A stretch of 64,000 nt of DNA. It comes from a virus. The notes beneath the pieces are model-generated. The model did no database searches, was not told where the DNA came from, and saw only the letters and a list, made by a program, of their open reading frames with translations. Positions 50,275 to 60,634 of the stretch are shown here, piece by piece. The DNA is taken from positions 58,998-122,997 of IMG/VR virus record IMGVR_UViG_3300018080_008436; one strand, 5' to 3'. The translations under genes and the position numbers were made by a program. The stretch's first letter is position 1. Each line of letters begins with the position of its first letter.

Positions 50275-50777
50275 TACTCTTCAGTCCTTGGTTCCATGGC
50301 CATTTGCTTACCAATATGCAAATCAAATCCTTGTCCATCCCACTCATACAACTCCTTTTCGTATTCGACAAGAAGTCCGACAATAGAGTTTCCATTTGAG
50401 ATTTCAAATCTTTCCACAAGATCCTTTATGGACTCAAGGAATTCATGTAAAGGAATGGGGTCCTCTTTACACAAAGGACAAATTTGGTCAATCTTTCCTG
50501 GGTGCTCTGCAAAGAACTCTGCCATCTCATCGAAAGTTATCTCATTGATTGGGGGAAGTTCTGGATCGTATCCAAAATAATCATTAGATGCTTCAAGCTT
50601 GATGTTGAAGTTTTCATGCATCTCTTTGAATTTTTCGAACACTTCTGGATAGCATTCTTTACAAAACGTATGTCCTTTGGAGCAACAAAGAATACCAGAT
50701 TCATATCCAGTAGATTGAGTGGCTGTACAGATTTCGTATGAACATTTGTCGCAAGTAAGAAAGTCTGAGGAATCCAT
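50274..50777 (-). CDS. zinc-finger protein
   Basis: CDKCSYEIC...CCSKGHTFCKEC...CPLCKE. Confidence 0.4.
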   Translation of the reverse strand: MDSSDFLTCDKCSYEICTATQSTGYESGILCCSKGHTFCKECYPEVFEKFKEMHENFNIKLEASNDYFGYDPELPPINEITFDEMAEFFAEHPGKIDQICPLCKEDPIPLHEFLESIKDLVERFEISNGNSIVGLLVEYEKELYEWDGQGFDLHIGKQMAMEPRTEE

Positions 50778-50800
50778 TGTAATTCTCCTGTGTTAAAAAT

Positions 50801-50878
50801 TGGTCGGGGTGAGACGATTCGAACGTCCGACTTCTTGCTCCCAAAGCAAGCGCTCTAACCAGGCTGAGCTACACCCCG
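50801..50878 (-). tRNA. tRNA-Pro (UGG)
   Basis: The minus-strand sequence CGGGGTG-TA-GCTC-AGCCTGGTTA-GAGC-G-CTTGC-TTTGGGA-GCAAG-AAGTC-GGACG-TTCGAAT-CGTCT-CACCCCG-A-CCA forms a canonical cloverleaf. Confidence 0.85.
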
Positions 50879-50885
50879 ATGTTAA

Positions 50886-51206
50886 TTATTTCACTCCGAA
50901 AAGACGAGCGACAAGACTTTCAAGAGGCCCTCGTTCTCTTTCCTCACATGCACAACCTTCTGCACAGTTTCCTGAACAAGTGCAATCATCCAACTTACAA
51001 TCGTTGTAAGGCTTGGATTCGACTTCGGGTTCAGGGATGGGTTCGGGTTTGGGTTTGGGTTTTGATGGCTGGACCGACAAAGGAATGTCGAACTTAGTGG
51101 CAAACTTTTTGACCTCGACAAGATCAACTTGATTTGCCAATGCATCAGTAATGGCCTGAACGGCCTCATCTCTGGTTGTAGCCAACGCTCTTGTTTCCCA
51201 GTTCAT
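50886..51206 (-). CDS. small protein with (KP/EP) repeats and Cys-rich C-terminus
   Basis: PSKPKPKPEPIPEPE followed by CKLDDCTCSGNCAEGCACE, with tandem GGGTTT DNA repeats at about 51040-51065. Confidence 0.4.
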   Translation of the reverse strand: MNWETRALATTRDEAVQAITDALANQVDLVEVKKFATKFDIPLSVQPSKPKPKPEPIPEPEVESKPYNDCKLDDCTCSGNCAEGCACEERERGPLESLVARLFGVK

Positions 51207-51480
51207 TGTTGCTCTCCTGTCTAGGTTTGTATTTAAGTTACTATATCATAACTCATCAAAATCAAATGTCAAATCGTTTTGAGAAATTTACCATGTATTT
51301 GGGGGCGACTGCGTTATATTCGAAAAAACAACAGCCCCTAATACTATTAACACATTGATAAATGAGATCAGTATAACTGTCCAAATCAATTGAGTTAGAC
51401 TCATTGACAGAAGAAACACCAGTAATGCTTCTGGTAGCAGAATCATAATGCCAACTCCGTTCCTCTGCACCTCTTTTCCA

Positions 51481-51915
51481 TCACCCCATTACCTTTACCA
51501 ACTCTTGAAGACCATAATTACTGCAAAAGTCCTTTCGAATATGATCCCCCTCAATCAGTTCCTGCACTTTTTCCACTATTTTTCTGGCCTTCTCTTCTTT
51601 ATCTTTCAATGGAACTACGTTGAACAAAGACTTACCTTCCCCAGGACAGTAGTAAATAGTTGTCAGACAGTTCTTCGGATAGAATCGAGTCTCATGCCAC
51701 TTCAATGTAGGATTACTGTCTTTGTCATACCAATTAGCTTTGGCGAACTGTTTGTTGTATTCTTCCCAATAAGAAAAATCAAGACTGATTCTCCAAACAC
51801 CATCGTTATCTACATGAGCATCAACAACTTTTGCTCTTTGCCTTTTATCAAAGTCCATGTCATGTTTTTCAACATAGTCAGTGAATTCAACATGCTTACC
51901 AATATAGCCTTTCAT
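51481..51915 (-). CDS. hypothetical protein
   Basis: 144-aa ORF. Confidence 0.4.
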   Translation of the reverse strand: MKGYIGKHVEFTDYVEKHDMDFDKRQRAKVVDAHVDNDGVWRISLDFSYWEEYNKQFAKANWYDKDSNPTLKWHETRFYPKNCLTTIYYCPGEGKSLFNVVPLKDKEEKARKIVEKVQELIEGDHIRKDFCSNYGLQELVKVMG

Positions 51916-52283
51916 TGTGTTTTCTCCAACGGTTTATTTCTGTAAAATTTATTTCCATCAGTATGCAGTCTTCTCTTTTCAATAGAACGAATCAAATTGA
52001 ACATTGCAGACCCTACACCTTTCTTACGAAACTTTTTGCGGACGAAGATCCCAATGTTCGGAGTACCAAGACATCCTCTGTATCGCATCCTGGCTTTTGT
52101 TGTGCAGGCGACTCCGATGTATTGTCCCTGAAATTTTGCCAGAACCATTAATGAAATAAGTTCTGGAGTCGAATAGACCTTCCTCAATGTCCATCCGTTA
52201 ACGTATAACCTATTAGAAATTGCAACCTTCGTCATCTCTCTAATCTCTGCCCTACGTCTTGAAATTTCAAACTCTATCTTCAT
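51912..52283 (-). CDS. GNAT-family N-acetyltransferase (putative)
   Basis: Motif A-like R-x-x-G-x-G/A (RKKGVGSAMF) on a ~120-aa protein. Confidence 0.45.
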   Translation of the reverse strand: MKIEFEISRRRAEIREMTKVAISNRLYVNGWTLRKVYSTPELISLMVLAKFQGQYIGVACTTKARMRYRGCLGTPNIGIFVRKKFRKKGVGSAMFNLIRSIEKRRLHTDGNKFYRNKPLEKTQ

Positions 52284-52745
52284 CTAACACCTTTCAAACT
52301 AATTAGACAGACAACTATCATCCCAGTAGCCAAAACCATGGCCGAATTAGAAGAAATCATTGTTGCAATCAAAAGCATGATCGTTACTCATCCAGGATCA
52401 ACATCACTTGAGTCTTCTGGGAAGTTAATGTCAGACCAATGAGTGATTCTGACATGTCCCAAGAAATCTAATCCCTCTCCATCAAACTCACCACCATCCC
52501 CTTCTTTAATATTGAATCTGGTGATACAACAAACTTTTTTGTTAATAATACCAATTATTCTTCTGTAACCGCAGGCCAGGACTTTTCGTCTATCATCTGG
52601 CACTCTTACTTCTCTGCTGATCCAGTCAATCATTTTTCTTCACTCTTTTGTAGTAATTAGAAAGCCTGGGGTTCTTGTCGCAAATAGATTATGCATCTCT
52701 TTGCAATGAGGGTATTCACCCTGCCACCTTTGCGAGTCTTTTTCA

Positions 52746-53069
52746 TTAGCCCAAATCCTCAATGTCGATGAAGTCAACCGAAGGGCTTACACAACATTCG
52801 AATCGACCTTTCTCAAAATAGAACTCAGGGCCATACGACCACTTTATTCCGACCAAGTCTTCTACGTCTAATTCGAACTCTTCTTCGTAACCCTCGTCAT
52901 AGTGAGGTTTACAGAAAGTATTGACGATCTTTTCTAAAAACCCAGGTTTGTCTTTCAGATAGTTAAACCCCTCTTCATAAGTTTCAATCTCATCAGGGAT
53001 GATGAAACCAACTGGGCACATATATCCACCGTCTTCACGGTCAATTATTCCGAACAACATTATCTGCAT
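52746..53069 (-). CDS. hypothetical protein
   Basis: 107-aa ORF. Confidence 0.35.
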   Translation of the reverse strand: MQIMLFGIIDREDGGYMCPVGFIIPDEIETYEEGFNYLKDKPGFLEKIVNTFCKPHYDEGYEEEFELDVEDLVGIKWSYGPEFYFEKGRFECCVSPSVDFIDIEDLG

Positions 53070-53480
53070 TTATTCTTTCTCCCTTGCAATCCACCCGAAG
53101 GGATCATGTTGACCACCCCCAGTTCTTCTTGTTAACTCACTATGACAGTTCCCGCACCTTCTGGACATCCCAGGAAATGGAGAGCATCTTGTTGGGCCAT
53201 CACCAACTTCATCATGACATTGGTAACAAAGCCAAGCAACATTTTTTAGCTCTTTCCACTGACTCCACTTATCACGATCATTCAAATCGTTAAAATATTC
53301 GATGTCTTGATCGTCGTAAGTTTCTTCAGCTTCAGATTCATCCTCTGCCATTCCCAGAACCTGGATGACCTGATTTATACGCCGTTCTGCTTCTTCATAG
53401 GCATCTTCATCAGACATAGGATGCTCTTTTTGAAGGATCTTCGCGAGTTCTCTGATGGCTCTAGACATATTATTCCTCAA
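53070..53480 (-). CDS. zinc-finger protein
   Basis: CYQCHDE...CSPFPGMSRRCGNCH. Confidence 0.4.
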   Translation of the reverse strand: MRNNMSRAIRELAKILQKEHPMSDEDAYEEAERRINQVIQVLGMAEDESEAEETYDDQDIEYFNDLNDRDKWSQWKELKNVAWLCYQCHDEVGDGPTRCSPFPGMSRRCGNCHSELTRRTGGGQHDPFGWIAREKE

Positions 53481-53669
53481 TCATTTCATGGTCTTCGCAC
53501 CATTTCGGGACTTTATGACGTAGCACATCTGTCGCCCATTTTCGGCATCTACCAGAATGGCTATTCCTTATGTCTCCAGAATAGTGTATACAATTCATGC
53601 ATCTGGGCTTAGTATGATCGAACTGATGTATGTTGTACCAGGGCAGTTTGGTTTTACCATCCATACTCT

Positions 53670-53945
53670 TCATCTCAGACTTCTTACAGGTTTGTTGCAA
53701 AAGGGGCACTTTTTTGTTTTATGTATTGCGTCTGACATCTCTTGAAACTTTTCACTTCCAGGTTCAGCGTTGATGAATAGCTTCTTTCCCATAAAATGTG
53801 CGTCCTCGCACCATTCGGACTCTTTTTCTTGATTCATGATTTCTTTTTCACATTTGTAGCAGAGTCCATGGCTCAGAACTTCTTCTTTAGTAACGAACCC
53901 TTTGCACTTAGTGCATCTGAATTTTGAAAAGTCTACCCAGTGCAT
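53670..53945 (-). CDS. small Cys-rich zinc-ribbon protein
   Basis: CTKCKGF...CYKCEKE...CPFCNK. Confidence 0.4.
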   Translation of the reverse strand: MHWVDFSKFRCTKCKGFVTKEEVLSHGLCYKCEKEIMNQEKESEWCEDAHFMGKKLFINAEPGSEKFQEMSDAIHKTKKCPFCNKPVRSLR

Positions 53946-54144
53946 TAATCGTCCTCTTCATCCCAGTCTTCATCTTCCCCATCCCAATCTCTTCCTTCTT
54001 TGACTTTGCCTCTCAGCGCATCAATTTCAAGATCAGAGAGACGGATGAATTTACTCCCGTTCCTCGACTCAACTTTATCAAGAAGTTGCCTAATGACTTT
54101 TTTCAAATCACTGATCTCTTCTTGCATTCCTTGGAAATCGTCAC

Positions 54145-54519
54145 CTAATCCATACATGATGGAACTCCTTTTTGCCTCGGATTTCTGGTCTTCTTATAGA
54201 TCTTCTCAATCAGTGCTTCAACCTTATTTTCTCTTTTTTGAGTTGGCTTCCTGATATATGATCTTGACATCGCTACCAATGACCTGAGTGTTTTGGCCTC
54301 AACAACGATAGGATAATCAAACTTCTCATCTGACATCACTGTGACGAATTGCTCGTCAAACCCGTCATCATCTTCGTCAAACACTCCAGTTTCTTCAGCA
54401 AGGCCGTCAGTAAGATTCTTCATCTCAGTGCGACGAATAGAATCTTCTGGGAATCTATTCTCAACGGCTGACATAGCACAATTAAGAAGCCAACGGAACT
54501 CCTTTTTACTGATGTTCAT
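54145..54519 (-). CDS. hypothetical protein
   Basis: 124-aa ORF. Confidence 0.35.
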   Translation of the reverse strand: MNISKKEFRWLLNCAMSAVENRFPEDSIRRTEMKNLTDGLAEETGVFDEDDDGFDEQFVTVMSDEKFDYPIVVEAKTLRSLVAMSRSYIRKPTQKRENKVEALIEKIYKKTRNPRQKGVPSCMD

Positions 54520-54799
54520 AACAATCCCTCAGATAGTTAATTGTTTCAACGAGCCACTCATGAGGCATTGGCATCATCTCATTTTGATTCAATGAATCTG
54601 CCAACTCTTGTTTGCTTTCATAAGTGTTAACCATGCCATCAGTCATTGATATGAGGCAATACTTAGTTCCCTTTGCGGTTGGCAGGAAACCTATTTTGCT
54701 TGTCCACTTGGCTGAGTTCCCTGTCGGCTTATCGAACTTTCTGTTCTTGCAAACAAACCGACCTGGGATGATATCTTCTTCTGTCCATGTATATTTCAT
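54506..54799 (-). CDS. hypothetical protein
   Basis: 97-aa ORF. Confidence 0.35.
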   Translation of the reverse strand: MKYTWTEEDIIPGRFVCKNRKFDKPTGNSAKWTSKIGFLPTAKGTKYCLISMTDGMVNTYESKQELADSLNQNEMMPMPHEWLVETINYLRDCYEHQ

Positions 54800-55303
54800 T
54801 GTATTCTCCTAAAGTTGATCTATTGATCCTATATTCAACTTCTTAAACATAGCATCTATTAAGGTAATGTCAAGCGAAGAATCAAGATTTAAGTCTGAAA
54901 CTACGACATGTCCTATTATGATCCCAACTCGGAAGTTGTTCCGACAACTCAGCGCAGATTAAAATCTCCTTCTCCCCATTAATAACCCTAAAATGTGGAG
55001 TATTTCTGTTTTCGGTACTTAGTCATTTCTTTAATGACCTTCTTTCTGTAGCCTGTTTAAAACTCGCATCATCCCATGCTTATGAATTGTATGATGATAT
55101 GATCCGTCCCAGACCTCTCGGATAAGCATTACCTCTTTTCCATTAATCACTGCCAATACTTCAGCCCATATACCACTTCTCCGCAATGTAATTGATGATA
55201 TGCCCACCTCATCCTCTTTGAGATCATGAGAGTCCAAGGTAACAATTTTTGTTATTGTGTCATCCATTAGGTCTAGTGTTCCATAGCGATATATCCAAAA
55301 GGA

Positions 55304-55636
55304 TCATTCTGGGTTTGGTAAAGACTTATATCCACAGTTACTGCAATAATACCCCATAGGAATCACACGAGAGAAGTAAGGGTCTGGCTTATCACATTCG
55401 CAGACCTTCTCTTCTTTAGGCTCTGGAAAAAGCTTACACTTACAACACCGACCATCTTCTAAGAGAGTATATAATCCATCATGCCTACAATATGATTGAG
55501 AGTTATCAATGCAAAACTGAGCGACCTCAAGAACGTCTTTCGCTGTGACGTTTCCCAGAACCTTAACTTCTGGCTCCCAAGAAGAAACACATTTCTTCAG
55601 TTCTTCGGCCTTCTTTTTAATGCTCATTACCTTCAC
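55304..55636 (-). CDS. small Cys-rich protein
   Basis: CRHDG...CCKCK...CECDKP...CSNCGYK. Confidence 0.4.
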   Translation of the reverse strand: MKVMSIKKKAEELKKCVSSWEPEVKVLGNVTAKDVLEVAQFCIDNSQSYCRHDGLYTLLEDGRCCKCKLFPEPKEEKVCECDKPDPYFSRVIPMGYYCSNCGYKSLPNPE

Positions 55637-56037
55637 CTGCCTCCGTTTCCATCTTCTTTAGGTCTAGTATTCCACGCAGTTACTGCCCAACCTAGTCTTG
55701 ATTGTTCGACAGACGCTTGGCATTTTGGATTTTGACATTTGATGATGCGACCTCGCACTGTCCCACTATTGTCGGTATAACGAGGCAATATTTTGATATC
55801 ATCACCTTCACAGAATGGACATAGAAGCAACTCATGTCCACTTACAAGAACTACATGGTCGTGCGCATGGACGGTCACACTGGTTTTGCTCTGCTTTGCT
55901 TCGTCTATACAGTCAAGACACCACATTATACCATAACCCAGGTTTTCCTGAGGATACTTGGGTTTCATGCATTTGTCACAAAGACCGATTCCTTCTCGAA
56001 TTTCGCACTTACTCTTTTTTGCGGTTGAGTCAGTCAT
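55633..56037 (-). CDS. Cys-rich zinc-finger protein
   Basis: CDKCMKP...CLDC...CPFCEG...CQNPKC. Confidence 0.4.
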   Translation of the reverse strand: MTDSTAKKSKCEIREGIGLCDKCMKPKYPQENLGYGIMWCLDCIDEAKQSKTSVTVHAHDHVVLVSGHELLLCPFCEGDDIKILPRYTDNSGTVRGRIIKCQNPKCQASVEQSRLGWAVTAWNTRPKEDGNGGR

Positions 56038-56606
56038 TGTTTGCCATCCTTCTCTCTCGCCTTTCGTTCAAGAAAATTAAGTTCATCTCGCTCAAATACT
56101 CTGGCTAAAGAATCCTGTAACTCTGACCACTCATATGATGTGAACTGGTCGTAATAATTCTCAGGATTTTTCAACACAATATTAAGGGCTTTTCTTGTCG
56201 CCTCCCACTCACCTTTATAAAAGGTAGCAGGGCGACAACGATGTGTTGATTCTTTTTCAGCTTCTTTTTGTTCTTCGAAGCCTGCTCCTAAGAATGGTTC
56301 CCCAGGTTCCACTTCTCCATTCCAGAGAGCCATTGCCCATTGAATCATGAATTGATACATGACTCCATAAAAGCTTAAATCTTCATCCCACATGTCAACG
56401 AATTCATCAAGAACAACTCCTTCATCATCACATATGGATTGAAAACTAATTTGAGGACCCCGACACCTACATCTTTCGCAGGAAACCGCTCTGGTTTCAT
56501 AATCCATAGGTCCAACGTCCAAATATTCTGCTGTCTTGCAGAATGGACAATCTCTTAATCCTTCTACCATTTTAACAATCCTCAATAGCTCGTCCCATAA
56601 AACCAC
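56034..56606 (-). CDS. Cys-rich protein
   Basis: CPFCKT...CERCRC. Confidence 0.4.
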   Translation of the reverse strand: MVLWDELLRIVKMVEGLRDCPFCKTAEYLDVGPMDYETRAVSCERCRCRGPQISFQSICDDEGVVLDEFVDMWDEDLSFYGVMYQFMIQWAMALWNGEVEPGEPFLGAGFEEQKEAEKESTHRCRPATFYKGEWEATRKALNIVLKNPENYYDQFTSYEWSELQDSLARVFERDELNFLERKAREKDGKQ

Positions 56607-56814
56607 TAACCTTTACTTCAGGAGACTTTGGAATCCCCTGTTTCATTGTTTCTTGAAATTTCTTTAAGCAAGGACTACACAGAGTCACAGGATTTGCAAC
56701 TACTGGAGAGTTTCCTATTACGGTACATCCGAAATTTCCACAACATGAACATTCTCCAACTGATTTGTAGACAAATTTCAAGTCCAAGTCCATTTTTCTT
56801 CTCCTTTGTTAATT

Positions 56815-57069
56815 TTACCAATCTCCACTGATCCACGCATCCCCTTCGTCACAGGATATTTGTAAACTAATCGCTTCACATTCATTGTCAGTGCATCTTA
56901 CTGGATCACCATCATAAAACATTTGATCATCAGACTTTGTATAGACCTCAATGGTAGACCCACAACATGGACATTCATCCCATTCGCAAACAACCCACTT
57001 TTCATTAATGTCTGTCATTTTCTTCTCTCTTTTCCTTACGAAGAACTCGAACGATTTCTCGCAATTCAA
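56815..57069 (-). CDS. small zinc-ribbon protein
   Basis: CEWDECPCCGST...CTDNEC. Confidence 0.35.
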   Translation of the reverse strand: MNCEKSFEFFVRKREKKMTDINEKWVVCEWDECPCCGSTIEVYTKSDDQMFYDGDPVRCTDNECEAISLQISCDEGDAWISGDW

Positions 57070-57479
57070 ATTGAGTAAGTTCAGGATACTTGCCTTTCAG
57101 CATTCTTTTGATCTTGATATAGCTGACACCTTTACTGGCATAAATTCGAGCAAGGTTAAGTGGAGCATCATCATTTCCCTTTTTGTCGGGATAGACAAAC
57201 ATTGGACAGTTGCTCATAATTTCCGACATAGTCATTGCTCTTCTCCAATCAAAGCATGTTTTATCACATGAAAGGACATCGTCCCACCATTCTCATGCAA
57301 ATCAGAATCCTTCGTTTCACTTCTTAATTTCTCTGCATGAGCCTTCGCGTCATCTTCGTTTTCAAAAATAGATTCTATATATCTCCAGCGTAGTGAATTC
57401 AATCCATGCACCTGGGCTTTGTTCTGTCAAACTGACGAATTCCCCAGAATCCATTTTTATTTTCCATCTTCTACCTTTC

Positions 57480-57944
57480 TCACTCTTCAGGTTCATGCTC
57501 GTCATTCACCAAAATAAATTTCGGGGGTTGAGTGGGGGACTCTTCATGAGGACTGGGAGGACCACCACTTTCCTCAATATCAATCAACCATCTTTCTTCT
57601 TTAAAATTCCATGACCAAGCAAATCCATCCCATGTGCAAGATACATCATCAATCTCTTTTCCATTGATCTCTTTTCTGTACTGCTCTGGGAACGATGGAC
57701 CTCTTTTACGTCCAGTAACCCATCTTTCTTCATAACCTCTCAGAACTGCATAGAATGTTGCCATGCCCCATCTTTCGTCTTTTGCTACTTCATGAAGAAA
57801 ACGAAGGGCATCATCTTCTTTCGTAAACATCTTCACTTCATGAATCAACTGTTGCATCGTCTTGCAATCTTTAACAGTCATTTTATCCCCAACCTTCTTT
57901 ATCTTTAGGTTCGCACCAGCCTTCTGCCCATTTATTTTCATCAT
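57480..57944 (-). CDS. hypothetical protein
   Basis: 154-aa ORF. Confidence 0.4.
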   Translation of the reverse strand: MMKINGQKAGANLKIKKVGDKMTVKDCKTMQQLIHEVKMFTKEDDALRFLHEVAKDERWGMATFYAVLRGYEERWVTGRKRGPSFPEQYRKEINGKEIDDVSCTWDGFAWSWNFKEERWLIDIEESGGPPSPHEESPTQPPKFILVNDEHEPEE

Positions 57945-57963
57945 GTTTCGATGTCGGTCATTG

Positions 57964-58437
57964 TTAGCCCCTGGTTACTTTGACTAGCTTACCGTCTTTT
58001 AGCTCTTTGTAGTCATCTTTGAAGTAGTTCAGGTATGTTGTGGGTTTCTTATGAACCGACCACCTTTTGATAAACTTCATAGCATCACTTCTTCTATAGA
58101 AGAAAAGGGTGAGTTCCAATGAAGAACCAGTCGATCTGTACTCATCATTCCCCATGCACCATCCCTTTTCCCCCTTACACGAACTTGATTGATTGTCTTT
58201 GACGTTTTCATTCAGCCAATCAATGACCTCTTGCTTCAGGAATGGAACATTTTTGATTCTGAGAAAGACATCTTCAACTTCCATTCTCTTCATTTCCACG
58301 AGATTGTGCCAGTCTTCTTGTTCCGTTTTGTAGTCTTGGCGACTAAACTTGTCTATGCCAACCATGTAGGAGCAATCAAAAACTTCTCCGTCCCAATGAG
58401 ATTTGGAACACCAACAATGGTTTTGATGAAAGTGCAT
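57964..58437 (-). CDS. hypothetical protein
   Basis: 157-aa ORF immediately downstream of the PARP-like gene. Confidence 0.4.
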   Translation of the reverse strand: MHFHQNHCWCSKSHWDGEVFDCSYMVGIDKFSRQDYKTEQEDWHNLVEMKRMEVEDVFLRIKNVPFLKQEVIDWLNENVKDNQSSSCKGEKGWCMGNDEYRSTGSSLELTLFFYRRSDAMKFIKRWSVHKKPTTYLNYFKDDYKELKDGKLVKVTRG

Positions 58438-58467
58438 TTTATCTACCTTTTTCAGACTTGCCGTTGA

Positions 58468-59793
58468 TTATTTTCCGTTAGGTGAAAACTCAACCAAGTA
58501 CTTCAGGTTAACTTGGGACGTTCTGTAAACGATCATTTCGTTGTTCATGACCCCAGACTTGTTCGCCTTAGCGAAAGTGGAATCAGTATTACGAACAGGG
58601 AAACCGCTTCCGTAACGAGCAGGGACATGATAATTGCCCATTGCCATATCCAAAAGGAACATGAAGCAATTGTTGTCAGCCTTTCCGCCCCAATAGCCAT
58701 AAGCGTAGTTTAACGCCTTCGTAGACTGATCTGAGGCGTAGACCCCATTCCCGAACATTCGGCCCGTACAATGGCTTGAAGAGGCTGGAGGAATGACCAG
58801 ACCGCCCTTCAGGATCGAAAGAAGGTTGGATGCTCTTGTACCATGCCATAACTCCCAGATGTTGTCCATCTTCGCCCCATCCAATTCGAAAGCCTGACGG
58901 ACAGTATTGATGTCAACCTTGTAAATGGTTTTGACATCCAGGTGATAACAGGCATGTCTTGACTGACGGGTTTTCCCATACATCTTTTTAATATGGGCCA
59001 GAGTCTTGGAATCTTCTACCAGATCCAGTTGAACATCGAAGACCTGTTCTTCAGGAAGTTTCACAGTCTTCTTGCGTCCAGGCTGAGTGGTTGCAGTAAC
59101 CAAAGATGCCTGTAAAGCATCAACAATTGACTTCTGTTTCTGGACCTTGGCAAGATCAGACCAGAAATTATTCACATCCAGTCGCTTTCTTCCAATGTTC
59201 TGAGGGACCAACATAAGGTAGTCATTGGTCAAGTCGCCTAATTTTGCAGTGTAACGACCTTTGGCAACCATATCACCAATCTTGACCAGGATGTCATTGG
59301 CATCATCAATATTACCTTGAGTGACGATACCCATGGGCGTTGAAAACAGCCCTGTAGTATCATTGAAGGTAATCTGACCGCCAGTAGCAGATGAGATCTG
59401 ATGGGCGTTGACTTTCGTCAGATAGGTGATCAACTTTGCAACGTTGGGGTTGTTATATTTGATTTGTTTCTTGGCAACGCTTTCGAGGTTGGCCTTCGCA
59501 ACGGTTTTCTGAGCGGTCTGAGTCGTTGTTCCACCTTCAACGATCTCAATCTCTCGATAAGCGATCTCACCATTTCGACCAGAACGAAGTTTAGATCTAA
59601 TCTTGCTTTCAGCAAACTTTCGGCCTGCCGCTTCACTACCTTTCTGGTAGGTTCGGCTTTGTCCTGAATCTCCTACGCGACCATAGCGGACGGTTACTTC
59701 TCCATCGTCATAGATTTCAACATTCCAGAATTTGTTGTTGTTCTTTTTGTGATCGCTTTTGATGAAATGGCGTTTTTCGATTAATGTACCCAT
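58468..59793 (-). CDS. WGR-domain poly(ADP-ribose) polymerase (PARP)-like ADP-ribosyltransferase
   Basis: N-terminal WGR domain (KFWNVEIYDDGEVTVRYGRVG). C-terminal PARP catalytic H-Y-E triad region: LWHGTRASNLLSILKGGLVIPP...GRMFGNGVYASDQSTKALNYA...NNEMIVYRTSQVNLKYLVEF. The last segment is near-identical in pattern to the PARP1 C-terminus [24 protein letters not shown]. Confidence 0.8.
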   Translation of the reverse strand: MGTLIEKRHFIKSDHKKNNNKFWNVEIYDDGEVTVRYGRVGDSGQSRTYQKGSEAAGRKFAESKIRSKLRSGRNGEIAYREIEIVEGGTTTQTAQKTVAKANLESVAKKQIKYNNPNVAKLITYLTKVNAHQISSATGGQITFNDTTGLFSTPMGIVTQGNIDDANDILVKIGDMVAKGRYTAKLGDLTNDYLMLVPQNIGRKRLDVNNFWSDLAKVQKQKSIVDALQASLVTATTQPGRKKTVKLPEEQVFDVQLDLVEDSKTLAHIKKMYGKTRQSRHACYHLDVKTIYKVDINTVRQAFELDGAKMDNIWELWHGTRASNLLSILKGGLVIPPASSSHCTGRMFGNGVYASDQSTKALNYAYGYWGGKADNNCFMFLLDMAMGNYHVPARYGSGFPVRNTDSTFAKANKSGVMNNEMIVYRTSQVNLKYLVEFSPNGK

Positions 59794-59804
59794 TTTTTAG
59801 TCTC

Positions 59805-59845
59805 CTGTATTGCGGAGCAGAACTCCGCTGTTTTTAGTTTTTAAG
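59805..59845. terminator. GC hairpin GCGGAGCAGAACTCCGC followed by T-runs on the plus strand
   Basis: The inverted repeat GCGGAG-N5-CTCCGC is followed by TGTTTTTAGTTTTT, between the PARP-like gene and the upstream gene. Confidence 0.35.
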
Positions 59846-59905
59846 TCTTTAGCGTATACAATAGTTCATCTAGGTCTATTGTCAACCTGTACTAAGAAAA
59901 AAATC

Positions 59906-60634
59906 TTACTTAGTATTTCTCTTCTTCAGACCTCTTTCATATATGAAGGCAAGTCTGGCGCTTCTAAGGCTATTCTCGCAAATTCTTTGGACATCTGTAA
60001 TCAAATTGCTGGCCAAAGTATCCAAGCTGATGTCACTTTCACTTCCTTCCTGCAAAATCTTAATGATTTCAAAAGCGTCATCAGATAAAGAAACCATGTT
60101 TCCCTCTGTTACTTCTAACTTGACATTCTCCACTTCAGATTCAACCGTTTTTGACTCAGGGTCATCAACAGGTGCTTGATCTTGTTTAGGGACTATCGTT
60201 CCTTCTCGAATTCTTCTTGCGATATGTTTCTCAAATCGATAGATGAAACTCTTGACCGAGTTCTTTATCTCTTCAGTACAACTTCTCATTGAGCAAAGAG
60301 GCAGAAGAAAGTCACGAACAAAATCTCCAGAAACATAATGCTTCCCATCAATTTCGATACAATGTCTGTTAATTTTTGCACGATAATGCTCTCCATCTGT
60401 GAGCCATTCTCCCCTCCTTTCAAGGGAACTTGCATAATGACTAAGGCGACCACCATCCTTATAGGTTAAGACACTAGAGATGTCTTTCAATTTATAGAAA
60501 TTCTTAACCTTAGATCCCGTTAATCTAGCACACAAAATGCTTCGCCCGTTGATTTCTTCTTCTATGAGAGTGCAGTTTTCAGAGTCTTGGGATGAGAAAG
60601 ATCTGAGTTTGATTTGATTTACTTTTGTAGACAT
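59906..60634 (-). CDS. hypothetical protein (possible KilA-N-like N-terminal domain)
   Basis: 242-aa ORF. The N-terminal ~100 aa loosely resemble KilA-N/APSES-type DNA-binding domains. This is a weak call. Confidence 0.3.
   Translation of the reverse strand: MSTKVNQIKLRSFSSQDSENCTLIEEEINGRSILCARLTGSKVKNFYKLKDISSVLTYKDGGRLSHYASSLERRGEWLTDGEHYRAKINRHCIEIDGKHYVSGDFVRDFLLPLCSMRSCTEEIKNSVKSFIYRFEKHIARRIREGTIVPKQDQAPVDDPESKTVESEVENVKLEVTEGNMVSLSDDAFEIIKILQEGSESDISLDTLASNLITDVQRICENSLRSARLAFIYERGLKKRNTK

Noticed and set aside
59805-59845. The hairpin at 59811 as a minus-strand terminator for the upstream gene.
   Set aside because: The T-run follows the hairpin only on the plus strand. On the minus strand it is followed by an RBS and ATG. 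Its role is left ambiguous and annotated at low confidence.
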